A DNA stretch of 61,074 bases, filler included. It is 5 parts of 5 records of this genome, joined end to end, with 100 filler letters (N's around TTAATTAATTAA, not from the genome) between each part and the next. Parts side by side here need not be neighbours in the genome. Positions count along the whole stretch, not along the records: positions 26,560 to 31,734 come from SRR20825006_2427; positions 31,835 to 41,488 come from SRR20825006_2432; 3 more parts are not named here. One strand, written 5' to 3'. The notes under the pieces are model-generated. The model searched no databases, was not told the origin of the DNA, and saw only the letters and a program-made list of their open reading frames with translations. The translations under genes and the position numbers were made by a program. Below, one piece after another: positions 27,928 to 37,364 of this stretch (position 1 is the first letter of the stretch; each line of letters opens with the position of its first letter).

Positions 27928-28953
27928 GTGACAGCGACAACCAAGATCGCAAACCCGCGTGACATTGCACATAACGTCATGATGCTTATCGAAGAACTCA
28001 ACTTGCAGCCGACGCCGCAGGTTTATCATGTGTTTTATAGCTACCTTACAAATGAAGTCCCGGAACTCAGCCAGCTTATTAAAGTTCTCATCCGCAATAC
28101 TCAGGAACTTGATGAGGAGACCGTTTTTCGGATTTACCACAAGTATCTGGGAACGCATGCGCTACAGCAGCACATTAATCAGGGCGTAGAAGGACTTCAG
28201 GCCGCCGTTGAGCGTGTGGAAGAAGCCGTTCATACGGTTATGCGCGACACTGAACAGTTTTGTAGCGAATTAGATACGGCATCCCATCGACTGCTTACTG
28301 ATGACATCACCCTTGAGGATGCCCGTACTGTCAGCCGCAGCCTTTCTGACACAACCAGCAAGGCGCGGGATTGTTTTGGCTCTTTTAACGGTAATCTTGA
28401 AGAATACCACAATGAAGTCCGCCGGGTTCGCACCGAGCTTGAGATGGTGCGCCGTGATGCCATGACCGATACGCTCACGGGAATTGCCAACCGCAAGAAC
28501 TTTGACACGTCCTTGCGTGATGCCGTGACAACTACCATGGAATCCGGGGCGTCATTGTCCTTGCTGATGATCGATATCGATCACTTCAAAGACTTTAACG
28601 ACAATTTCGGACACCGTGCCGGTGACGGCGTTCTCAAGGCGGTCGCACGCGTCTTGGTACGCTCGACCAAAGGTGCCGATACGGTTGCCCGATATGGCGG
28701 CGAGGAATTCGCAATCATATTGCCGGACACATCCAAGGAAAACGCCGCAAAACTGGCGAACAAGTTACGGGATAATGTGTCAAACCAACGCATTATAAAT
28801 AAAAAAACTGGCAAGGATTTCGGTAAGTTAACCGTTTCTATTGGCTTGACGTCCTACCAGCTAGGGGAGAATATACTTGAGTTTGTTGACCGTGCTGACA
28901 ATGCGCTCTATCAGGCAAAACAGGAAGGAAGAAATACCTGTATTTTGCACTGA
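27928..28953 (+). CDS. Cytoplasmic diguanylate cyclase (coiled-coil + GGDEF)
   Basis: TDTLTGIANR, IDIDHFKDFNDNFGH, ARYGGEEF, TVSIG, RADNALYQAKQEGRN. Confidence 0.95.
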   Translation: MTATTKIANPRDIAHNVMMLIEELNLQPTPQVYHVFYSYLTNEVPELSQLIKVLIRNTQELDEETVFRIYHKYLGTHALQQHINQGVEGLQAAVERVEEAVHTVMRDTEQFCSELDTASHRLLTDDITLEDARTVSRSLSDTTSKARDCFGSFNGNLEEYHNEVRRVRTELEMVRRDAMTDTLTGIANRKNFDTSLRDAVTTTMESGASLSLLMIDIDHFKDFNDNFGHRAGDGVLKAVARVLVRSTKGADTVARYGGEEFAIILPDTSKENAAKLANKLRDNVSNQRIINKKTGKDFGKLTVSIGLTSYQLGENILEFVDRADNALYQAKQEGRNTCILH

Positions 28954-29165
28954 TCTGCAAACGCGCAAAATGGCGAAAATCAAGTCAACAAGCGCCTAAA
29001 TCTCTGACAAAAGAGACCGATACAACAATAGTTACAATTAGAAAAAGACATCGAGCTAACACAGGTGTCCTGACGGGCCATAATCTACAGGTTTGAACCT
29101 CTTACAATCACACCTGGGATGTACAACATAATAAGTACAAAGGCTTTGCAGGGCGGAGCAACCAT

Positions 29166-30200
29166 ATGAAGACACCCAAAACCGAACGCAAGATCGAGCT
29201 TGAACACAAGATTTTCAAAACGTTCGAAGAATGTCATTTTCAGAAGTCTGATATTTCAGACGAAGCTCTTTTTGTCCTTAAAATGGCAGAAGGTTCTGTT
29301 GTGTCTTTGCCACTTCTCGCCATTTGTCGCGAATTCGACATTGATCCTGAGTCCAAGGATGGCGACCTTATCAGCCTGATCGACAAGTCCCTTAACTTCA
29401 TTAATATCCTGCGTCCCGGGGATAATCTTCCGCTTGAAGTCCTGACCGGTGAAGCATCATGGGAAGTCGATGAAGCCCATCAGGCGATTGCCTATAATCG
29501 TATTACCATGCAGTTGGTGACCTGGATGTCAGGGAGTGAAGAACTCATCACCGACCCGGACGAACTGATGCAGATCGCCGAAGACCCGAACACCAAGAAA
29601 AAGATCAACCAGGCTTTTGACGAAGTTGCCGAAAAACTCGGTATCGGCAAAGGAAACCGCGAAGAAGTCGTCAGTCTTGTTCATCAGGTTGCGGATGAAC
29701 TGTCCTATATTGAGACGCTTCGCGTGCGGTATCGCAAAATCTTGATGGTTGATCGTAAACTGCAGGATCTGCGCCGGATTTACGCCCATGAAAAGGGCAT
29801 TCTTGAAACCGTCACGCAATCCATCCGACTGCTTGATGACGCCAAGAAAAAATTCGAGACAACCTTTGAAGAAGTTGACGCCAATACGGGCGAAATCATG
29901 TCTGTTTTGCGTAACTTCACATCACAGCGCCAATATATTCGCGCCAAACGTGATGACCTGTATAAGCGCCTGCGTGCATGGCAGCCGCTGATCATTCAGT
30001 GGGAAGAACTTGAACTTGAACGCGGTCCGCTTGCCGTGCGGCTGGTCAAGGACACTTATCAGTTCCTTGCCCCACGGTTTATGAAGGTCAAGCAATGGCT
30101 GCTGATGACCAAGATGCAAGATGGCATTGCATCGGGTCAGAACTTCAAGAATGAAGATGATCGCATGGGCGCGCTTAAAGGCAAAATGATGCAGTGGTAA
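29166..30200 (+). CDS. Hypothetical cytoplasmic protein, coiled-coil rich
   Basis: 344-aa ORF with GGAG RBS and its own terminator. Confidence 0.75.
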   Translation: MKTPKTERKIELEHKIFKTFEECHFQKSDISDEALFVLKMAEGSVVSLPLLAICREFDIDPESKDGDLISLIDKSLNFINILRPGDNLPLEVLTGEASWEVDEAHQAIAYNRITMQLVTWMSGSEELITDPDELMQIAEDPNTKKKINQAFDEVAEKLGIGKGNREEVVSLVHQVADELSYIETLRVRYRKILMVDRKLQDLRRIYAHEKGILETVTQSIRLLDDAKKKFETTFEEVDANTGEIMSVLRNFTSQRQYIRAKRDDLYKRLRAWQPLIIQWEELELERGPLAVRLVKDTYQFLAPRFMKVKQWLLMTKMQDGIASGQNFKNEDDRMGALKGKMMQW

Positions 30201-30224
30201 AACATGGATCTGCCCTCCAAAATA

Positions 30225-30257
30225 ACAAAGGCGCGGAACATAAACCGCGCCTTTTGT
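30225..30257. terminator. Bidirectional terminator
   Basis: AAAGGCGCGG-aacataaa-CCGCGCCTTT between convergent genes. Confidence 0.75.
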
Positions 30258-30295
30258 ATATTTTGCTTGCCGATAGAGCCTTTATCAATCGATCC

Positions 30296-30622
30296 CTAGT
30301 CCGGGCGCATGGTAATTTTCAATGCGACATGCCCGTCAATCACGGTAATTGATTTTGCGGCATGTGCGGGAACAGGCACCCTTCGGTCAATACAATAAGC
30401 AATCATCGCAGCCGCCAATTGCGCACCGGATGTTGGAACAACCGTCTTTTCCCCTGCGTCAGAGGTAATCACCATCCGTGCGACGACTTCCGGGGTTCGC
30501 TCGATTTCAAAACTGCTGATTTGGCCGGGCGGCATCGCCTTGCCGGTACGCTGCCCATGGGCAATAAGCGCCTTGATCAGTTCGCCATCTTCAAAAACAA
30601 TGCAGCGCAGTTCACGCATCAC
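30296..30622 (-). CDS. Hypothetical protein
   Basis: 108-aa ORF with AGGA RBS, MRELRCIVF...YCIDRRVPVP. Confidence 0.7.
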   Translation of the reverse strand: MMRELRCIVFEDGELIKALIAHGQRTGKAMPPGQISSFEIERTPEVVARMVITSDAGEKTVVPTSGAQLAAAMIAYCIDRRVPVPAHAAKSITVIDGHVALKITMRPD

Positions 30623-30750
30623 TGATCATCCTGCAATAATTATTTTATGACATATAGTTACGACAGACCGACAAAACAAACATTAACAAACCAAAAAACA
30701 ACGACTTCTTGGCGCTTCAACGCTGGAAACGAGAACTGAACAATAGACGA

Positions 30751-31374
30751 TTAGCTGGTCGCCAACCACACACCAACGCCGATCATCAACGTACCGGCAA
30801 CCCGGTTCAAGACGCGGACATTGCCGCTTTTTTCAAGGAACTTGCGCAAAGACCGACCGCCCGTCGCATAGAGCGTCATACAAATCAGTTCCGTGACCAG
30901 AATGATCGCAACCAGAACGGAAAGCTGCGGCGCAATTGCATGTTCCAGACTGATGAATGGCGGCAAAAGCGAAACCATGAAAGCCCAGCCCTTGGGGTTG
31001 GCAATGGCAGTGACAAATCCCTGCGTCATCAACCCGGTTGCGGTTGCCGTCTGGGCCCCTTCCACCTCCGATGAAATTGCCATACGGCCCCGCGAACGCC
31101 AAAGCTGAATGCCAAGCCATGCCAGATAGGCACCACCGATATATTTAAACACGGCAAACACGTCAGGGTACTGCAACATCACAGCAGCAACACCAAGAGC
31201 CGATGCAACAACCACAATCCCCACACCGACAAGTTCGCCCACCATCATCCAAAGTGTGCGCTTAAGACCAATTGTCATGCCAAGGGTCAGTGCCAATGTC
31301 ATGCACATGCCGGGCGTGATAGAGGCGAAAAAGGCCGTCGGGATGAAAGCCCCGATCAATGATAAACTGATCAT
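30751..31374 (-). CDS. LysE/RhtB family translocator
   Basis: SITPGMCM, KYIGGAYLAWLGIQLW, GFVTAIANPKGW; start moved to ATG 31374. Confidence 0.92.
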   Translation of the reverse strand: MISLSLIGAFIPTAFFASITPGMCMTLALTLGMTIGLKRTLWMMVGELVGVGIVVVASALGVAAVMLQYPDVFAVFKYIGGAYLAWLGIQLWRSRGRMAISSEVEGAQTATATGLMTQGFVTAIANPKGWAFMVSLLPPFISLEHAIAPQLSVLVAIILVTELICMTLYATGGRSLRKFLEKSGNVRVLNRVAGTLMIGVGVWLATS

Positions 31375-31734
31375 GGAATATTCCTGTGACTTCGGGTGGC
31401 GCGCGGTCCTGACGGTCATAAATGGGGCATGACTTTTGTCGGGGGAAAAATCACTACCTGATAACCCAATTCCCGACCAGCATCTTTTTAGAATGGCTGG
31501 AATACCGACCCATTTGCGCACGTCCGATACACGCCCCGAACCCGGAAAATACGGTGGAAATCGCACAACACCCGAACTTCGACAAAGCCGCCCCGCTAAA
31601 TTCCGCCAAAAAAACACACTCAAAAGTACAAAAATTACTTGACCTCGGCGGGCGGTCCAACGAAATTGGGGGCGTCGCCAGCTCTGACTGGCATGTGAAG
31701 CCAATTGATGAAGACCGATGACCGCAGACATTTG

Positions 31735-31834
31735 NNNNNNNNNNNNNNNNNNNNNNNNNNNNNNNNNNNNNNNNNNNNTTAATTAATTAANNNNNNNNNN
31801 NNNNNNNNNNNNNNNNNNNNNNNNNNNNNNNNNN
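31735..31834. other. Artificial contig spacer
   Basis: N44-TTAATTAATTAA-N44. Confidence 0.99.
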
Positions 31835-31905
31835 GAGAGTTTACCGGGGCGGTTGCTCCTTCGGTACGGGTTTGACCTGCGAGTCTCCCGTTCTCCCAAC
31901 GTGCG
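31835..31905 (-). ncRNA. Glycine riboswitch aptamer (truncated by contig end)
   Basis: Minus strand reads GGGAGA...CCGAAGGAGCAACCGCCCCGGTAAACTCTC, the conserved glycine aptamer core, cut just before the expected AGG. Confidence 0.85.
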
Positions 31906-31976
31906 ATTGAACGCGACGATATGCGAGCCGTGGATTCGGCGCAAGAGGGGAAGTTTCCTATCGGAAACACGACATG

Positions 31977-32011
31977 AAAAAACCGCCGCGCGGTTCTCCC
32001 GGCGGCGGTTT
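31977..32011 (-). terminator. gltX terminator
   Basis: AAACCGCCGC/GCGGCGGTTT stem with a U run on the minus strand. Confidence 0.75.
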
Positions 32012-32031
32012 GTCTTTCTCAAAAGCAGCGT

Positions 32032-33354
32032 TTAAAGCGTTGGCTTTTTCTGCATCAACGGCATGACATGGGACATGTCCGGCCCGCGTTCCATGCCCGT
32101 CACCGCCTTGCGCAGCGGCATGAACAGGCCCTTGCCCTTACGCCCTGTCGCGTCTTTGACGGCGCTGGTCCACTCTTTCCATGTCTCGCTGGTGTAGGGC
32201 GGTTCCGGCAAAAGCGCATAGGCGGCGGGGATGAAATCCTTGTCCTCGTCAGAGATCAGCGGCGTCGCGCCATCGCGGAACAGCTCCCACCACCCTTTCA
32301 TATCGGCTTTGACGGTGATGTTTTCGCGCACCACGGTCCAGAACGGTTCGGCAATCTCAGCAGGCACGCCAAGGGCGGCCACCTCGTCGGCCACATCCGC
32401 AAAAGGACGGGCGTGATTGACTTGGGCGGTCAGGGCGAACAGGTCCTGCACGTCGAATTTCGTCGGCGCAGAGCCAAAGGTCGAGAGATCAAAGCCCTCG
32501 ATCAGCTCGTCCATGGACGTGCGCACCTCAACCGGCTGGCTCGATCCAATCCGCGCCATCAGCGACAAAAGCGCCATCGGTTCAACACCTTGCGCACGCA
32601 GGTCGCGCAGACTCAGCGTACCAAGACGTTTGGACAGCGCCTCGCCTTGCGGCCCCGTCAAAAGCGAATGGTGAGCAAAGCTCGGCACAGTGCCACCCAA
32701 GGCTTCGATGATCTGAATTTGCGTTGCGGTGTTGGTGACGTGATCCGAGCCGCGCACGATATGGGTGACGCCAAAATCGACGTCATCACAGACGGAGGCC
32801 AGCGTGTAGAGAAACTGCCCGTCGCCGCGGATCAGCACCGGATCGGAGACCGAGCCCGCATCAATAGAAATATCGCCAAGGATGCCATCGGCCCAGTTGA
32901 TCCGCTCTTGGATCAGCTTAAACCGCCAATGGCCATTGCCGCGCTCAGCGCGCAGTTTGGCTTTTTCCTCATCGGACAGGGTCAGTGCGGTGCGATCATA
33001 AACAGGCGGCTTGCCCATATTGAGCAATTTCTTGCGCTTCAGATCCAGTTCGGTCGGCGTTTCAAACGCCTCGTAAAACCGCCCCTTATCGCGCAATTCC
33101 TGCGCCGCCTCTTCATAGCGCTCAATGCGCTCGGATTGCTTTTCAAAGCGATCCCAAGTGAAGCCCAGCCATTCGAGATCCTCTTGAATCCCATCGGCAT
33201 ATTCCTGTTTCGACCGCTCCTGATCCGTGTCGTCGAGACGCAGGATAAACTGCCCCCCGGCCTTGCGCGTGATGAGGTAGTTGAACAACGCTGTGCGCAG
33301 GTTGCCGACATGGATGAAACCCGTGGGAGACGGGGCGAAACGTGTGACGATCAT
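32032..33354 (-). CDS. gltX: Glutamate--tRNA ligase
   Basis: TRFAPSPTGFIHVGN, LRLDDTD, VRGSDH, LSKR. Confidence 0.95.
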   Translation of the reverse strand: MIVTRFAPSPTGFIHVGNLRTALFNYLITRKAGGQFILRLDDTDQERSKQEYADGIQEDLEWLGFTWDRFEKQSERIERYEEAAQELRDKGRFYEAFETPTELDLKRKKLLNMGKPPVYDRTALTLSDEEKAKLRAERGNGHWRFKLIQERINWADGILGDISIDAGSVSDPVLIRGDGQFLYTLASVCDDVDFGVTHIVRGSDHVTNTATQIQIIEALGGTVPSFAHHSLLTGPQGEALSKRLGTLSLRDLRAQGVEPMALLSLMARIGSSQPVEVRTSMDELIEGFDLSTFGSAPTKFDVQDLFALTAQVNHARPFADVADEVAALGVPAEIAEPFWTVVRENITVKADMKGWWELFRDGATPLISDEDKDFIPAAYALLPEPPYTSETWKEWTSAVKDATGRKGKGLFMPLRKAVTGMERGPDMSHVMPLMQKKPTL

Positions 33355-33451
33355 TTTCGAACTCCTGTTGCGCTTCCTCTTTCATATCGCAGGCAAAGAG
33401 TCCATATCGCAACCTGTGTTCAGATGTGAGAAAGCCGCAAAGGAAAGCCCC

Positions 33452-33880
33452 ATGACAGACGTGCCATCCCTGCCCCCGCTTGCGGCCATTGCCCCCGACC
33501 TTGATCAGATCGAAGACATCGCCCGCGCCACCATGGCCGCCCTGCCGCCCGCGTTCAAAGTGCTGGCCGTGCAATTGGGCCTGGCGGTGATGGATTTCGC
33601 GCCCGAGGATTTGTTGGCAGAAATTGGTATCGAGGACCCGTTTGAATTGACCGGGCTTTACACCGGAATCCCGATGACCGAAAAATCGACCATGGATCAG
33701 GCGACGGCGCCGGACACGATTTGGCTGTTTCGCCGTCCGATTTTGGATGAATGGGCGGCGCGTGGCAATGTGACGTTGCAGCAAATGGTGGCCCATGTGA
33801 CCGTGCATGAATTGGCGCATCATTTTGGCTGGTCGGACGAGGACATCGCTTCGATAGACAAATGGTGGGAATGGGACTGA
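33452..33880 (+). CDS. Zincin-like metallopeptidase family protein
   Basis: LTGLYTGIP, IWLFRRPIL, VHELAHHFG. Confidence 0.88.
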   Translation: MTDVPSLPPLAAIAPDLDQIEDIARATMAALPPAFKVLAVQLGLAVMDFAPEDLLAEIGIEDPFELTGLYTGIPMTEKSTMDQATAPDTIWLFRRPILDEWAARGNVTLQQMVAHVTVHELAHHFGWSDEDIASIDKWWEWD

Positions 33881-33990
33881 CGCCCCGCTCACGACCGCGT
33901 GATCTCATGTTTGGCTTTGCCCAAACCGTGCTATCTTTGCCTTCACGAAACCCGTTTCCAACACGAGAAACCTGTTCCGGGAGGACGCAC

Positions 33991-34920
33991 ATGACGACCA
34001 CACCCTATCTGTCTCGCCGCCATCTGCTTTTGGCCGCCGCTGCCACGCCCTTGGCCTCTGCCTTGCCCTTTTCTGCCCGTGCCGATGCGCCGATGATGGG
34101 TGCAAGCCTGGCCCCCTATCGTCGCTTTAAACTGGGCGCGTTCGAAGTCACCACCTTGTTGGCCGGGACCCGCACCGTGCCAGATCCCCATAAAATCTTT
34201 GGTCTCAACGCCAGTGACGAAGAGTTTGCGGCCGCCTCGAAGGCCAATTTCATCCCAACAGATGCGGCGCAGTTCTTTTTTACGCCCACATTAATCAACA
34301 CCGGCTCAGAGGTGATCTTGTTTGACACCGGTCTATCGCCCGCAGGCACAATTGCCGCGATTGAGGCGGCGGGTTACACCGCCGATCAAATCGACCGCGT
34401 GGTGATCACCCATATGCATGGCGACCATATTGGCGGCATCTATGAGGGCGCGCCGACCTTTGCCAATGCCAGCTATTCCACAGGTGAGGTTGAAATGGAC
34501 CATTGGGACATGTCCGGCAACGACGGGTTTGAGGCCAAAATCCGCCCAATCCAAGATCAATTCGACCTGATGAAAGAAGGTTCTGCGGTGGCCTCCGGCA
34601 TCACCGCAATGGAAGCCTTTGGCCACACACCGGGCCATTTGGCCTTTCACGTCGAGAGCGAAGGTGAACGCCTGATTTTGGGCGCCGATTTCGCCAACCA
34701 CTATGTCTATTCATTGGCCCACCCGGATTGGGAGGTGCTCTATGACACCGACAAATCCATGGCCGCACAAACCCGGCGCAACATGTTGGACATGATGGCC
34801 ACGGATCGCGTGCCCTTCATTGGATATCACATGCCGTTCCCGGCGCTTGGCTATGTCGCCGCCCGCGATGGTGGGTTTGACTATGTCCCGGCGTCCTATC
34901 AGACCATGATCGAGGGCTGA
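33991..34920 (+). CDS. Tat-exported metallo-beta-lactamase-fold hydrolase (MPH/OPHC2-like)
   Basis: Tat motif SRRHLL; LFDTG; THMHGDHIGG; GHTPGH; GYHMPFP. Confidence 0.9.
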   Translation: MTTTPYLSRRHLLLAAAATPLASALPFSARADAPMMGASLAPYRRFKLGAFEVTTLLAGTRTVPDPHKIFGLNASDEEFAAASKANFIPTDAAQFFFTPTLINTGSEVILFDTGLSPAGTIAAIEAAGYTADQIDRVVITHMHGDHIGGIYEGAPTFANASYSTGEVEMDHWDMSGNDGFEAKIRPIQDQFDLMKEGSAVASGITAMEAFGHTPGHLAFHVESEGERLILGADFANHYVYSLAHPDWEVLYDTDKSMAAQTRRNMLDMMATDRVPFIGYHMPFPALGYVAARDGGFDYVPASYQTMIEG

Positions 34921-34983
34921 CCCCCAACGAATTTCAGGCCAACAATGGCCGCAGATGCTTCTGCGGCCATTGTTGGAATAAAT

Positions 34984-35982
34984 TCAGGCCACGGCGCTTT
35001 GTACCAAAGGCTGAACGCCGACGCGCACCATCGTTTGATTGAGCAGGATATAGGCGATCTCACCAAAGGTCGCAGGGCCGGTAAACGTGCCCGTGCTTTT
35101 GCCCTCAAGCTCACCATAGAGATAATTGAGGATACAGTTGCAGGACAATTCATTGGCCCCGTCGCCTTCAACTTTTGCAGCGAAACTGGCCGCATAGTCG
35201 CCCGTCGGCTTGGCAATGTGATATTCCGCCCCGGCGACAACCGGCGCATAAAAGGCCACGCCGTTTTCTGCATCCACCGACTGGAACGACACATTGACCA
35301 TAGCGCCAGCGTAATTGGCCACCAAAGGCAATTTCGTGTCGATGCCTTTTTGCGTCAAATAGGCCGCAAAATCAACGATCTCGCCATTCACAGACGCGGT
35401 TTTTGCACCGAAACCGTTCTCGGAGAAGGTGATGAGATCCGCCTCTGTATCGGGTTGGAACAGGTTCAGAATACCAATGTCTGCGACGTAGCCCGCAGGC
35501 ATTTCGACGTGAAGCACCGCAGCCCCCTCTTCAAAGGACGCGCCGGTTGCGCCGTCAAAGATTTTTGGCGTGGTGGAACCAAGATCATCCAGATGCACAC
35601 CGGTGATCCAGCCCAAAAGCGGCTGGTCGAAAACCCCCGGAAATTCCGCGCCCTTGATGGCAAATTCCGAATGCGCCTGTGAGAAGGCCGGGATCAAGAT
35701 CATCGACAAGCCGTTGTCAAAGCGGTTCATCGACAGGTTGGCGAGATCATCCCCGGCATAGATCACGGCGCGCGCATCGGTGGCTTGATCAAGTTCGGTC
35801 ACGAAGACATTTTCGCGATCCACTTTACCGCCCTCTTCGGTTACGAAATAAACCGAGGTGCCACCAATCCATTTGCCTTTCGGCAGTTGCGACAAAGCCT
35901 CTTGCGATCCCGCCAAAAGCAGCACCGCACCCTCATTGATTTTACGCGTGGCATCTGCCACAGACATCATGGAGTTCTTCAT
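34984..35982 (-). CDS. DUF6976-type (FIST-like) hypothetical protein
   Basis: LPKGKWIGGTSVYF, LGWITGVHL, LPLVANYAG, C-terminal SCNCILNYLYG...GPATFGEIAYILLNQT. Confidence 0.65.
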   Translation of the reverse strand: MKNSMMSVADATRKINEGAVLLLAGSQEALSQLPKGKWIGGTSVYFVTEEGGKVDRENVFVTELDQATDARAVIYAGDDLANLSMNRFDNGLSMILIPAFSQAHSEFAIKGAEFPGVFDQPLLGWITGVHLDDLGSTTPKIFDGATGASFEEGAAVLHVEMPAGYVADIGILNLFQPDTEADLITFSENGFGAKTASVNGEIVDFAAYLTQKGIDTKLPLVANYAGAMVNVSFQSVDAENGVAFYAPVVAGAEYHIAKPTGDYAASFAAKVEGDGANELSCNCILNYLYGELEGKSTGTFTGPATFGEIAYILLNQTMVRVGVQPLVQSAVA

Positions 35983-35994
35983 GTCGTTATCCTC

Positions 35995-36204
35995 TCAAAA
36001 TGCCGCAAAATCGGCTTGGGCAAAGGCGTTTTTCTCAAAATAGGCACGCAGTTCGCCAATCTTTTCCTGAATTGCGGCGGGGGCATTGCGCACCTCGCGC
36101 CGCAGGCGCGTGATCAGAATTTTTGTGGCGAGGCTGGCGCTTGAAAGATCACCATCCGAGGTCAAAACGCGCTGCCAGCGCGGGTCAGTTGCAGCAGGAA
36201 CCAT
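35995..36204 (-). CDS. Small hypothetical protein co-transcribed with the DUF6976-type gene
   Basis: GGGAG RBS; 12-nt gap to the downstream gene, which has its own GAGGA RBS. Confidence 0.6.
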   Translation of the reverse strand: MVPAATDPRWQRVLTSDGDLSSASLATKILITRLRREVRNAPAAIQEKIGELRAYFEKNAFAQADFAAF

Positions 36205-36410
36205 TTGCATCTCCCTAAAAATTAAAACTCGAACATGCATTGCACGTCTCGTTGCTTTCTGACGTCCACAGATTACTTTCCGCTTAATTGTTGCGCGCAG
36301 CTTGCGAAAAAATTGATGAAAAATCGTTGTTCGTGACCTGCATCAAAGATGTTAACGCTACCACGCCTAGAGTGATGTAAAATGTGACTCACCCAGAATT
36401 GGAGACGCAG

Positions 36411-37364
36411 ATGGCACAGATCCTCACGATCACACTCAACCCGACTGTGGACCTGTCCACCAGTGCCGCCTCTGTGACCCCCGGCCCCAAATTGCGCTGC
36501 ACAACTCCTGAGGCGGACCCCGGCGGCGGCGGCATCAATGTGTCGCGCGCGATCCGGTTTTTGGGCGGGGAAAGCACGGCGTTCACTGCTGTTGGTGGCG
36601 AAACAGGGGCGCTTTTGTTGCGGCTTTTGGCCGAAGAACGCGTGCGCTTTACCGCCTTTTCGGTCTCCGGCGGCGATACCCGGCAATCCATGGCGATCAC
36701 CGACCAATCTACCGGCGAACAATACCGCTTTGTCATGCCCGGCCCCTATTGGAACCACGACATGGTGGACGAATCGCTCAATGCCATCGCCGCCGCGGCC
36801 ACCGTTGACGGGATCGTGGTGCTGTCCGGCTCGCAACCTCCCGGCGTGCCGATAGATTATACCGCACGCCTCTCCCGGCGCCTCTCGGCCCATGGCATTC
36901 AGCTTTTTGTCGACACCTCGGGGGCACCCTTGCATGAATTGGTCAAACATCCGGCCAATCCCTATGTGTTGCGAATGGATGATGTGGAGGCCGAAGACCT
37001 CGCCGGGCGCGCCTTGCCGACCCGCACAGACACCGCCGATTTCGCGCAGGCCCTGGTCGAGCGCGGCGTGGCCGAAAATGTCATCGTGGCGCGCGGATCG
37101 GACGGGTCGACCTTGGCCAATGCCACAGGCCGCTGGCACGCCTCGCGCGCCATTGATCCGGCTGACGTGGTCTCTGCCGTGGGCGCGGGCGACAGTTTTG
37201 TCGGGGCGTTTTCCATGGCCCTGACGCGGGGCGATACGTTCCAACAGGCGCTCTGTTTTGGCACGGCTGCGGCCTCGGCTGCTGTGCTGACGGCGGGCAC
37301 GCAGCTCTGTTCAGCGCAGGATGTGGCGCGGCTTTTGCCCGGCTGTGTCTTGGTCGAGGTTTAA
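36411..37364 (+). CDS. 1-phosphofructokinase-family hexose kinase (PfkB)
   Basis: ILTITLNPTVD, PGGGGINVSR, LSGSQPPG, VDTSG, SAVGAGDSF. Confidence 0.92.
   Translation: MAQILTITLNPTVDLSTSAASVTPGPKLRCTTPEADPGGGGINVSRAIRFLGGESTAFTAVGGETGALLLRLLAEERVRFTAFSVSGGDTRQSMAITDQSTGEQYRFVMPGPYWNHDMVDESLNAIAAAATVDGIVVLSGSQPPGVPIDYTARLSRRLSAHGIQLFVDTSGAPLHELVKHPANPYVLRMDDVEAEDLAGRALPTRTDTADFAQALVERGVAENVIVARGSDGSTLANATGRWHASRAIDPADVVSAVGAGDSFVGAFSMALTRGDTFQQALCFGTAAASAAVLTAGTQLCSAQDVARLLPGCVLVEV

Noticed and set aside
29062-29116. Possible three-way-junction leader upstream of the 29166 ORF
   Set aside because: Stems are short (7 bp or less) and match no riboswitch consensus I know; could be chance.
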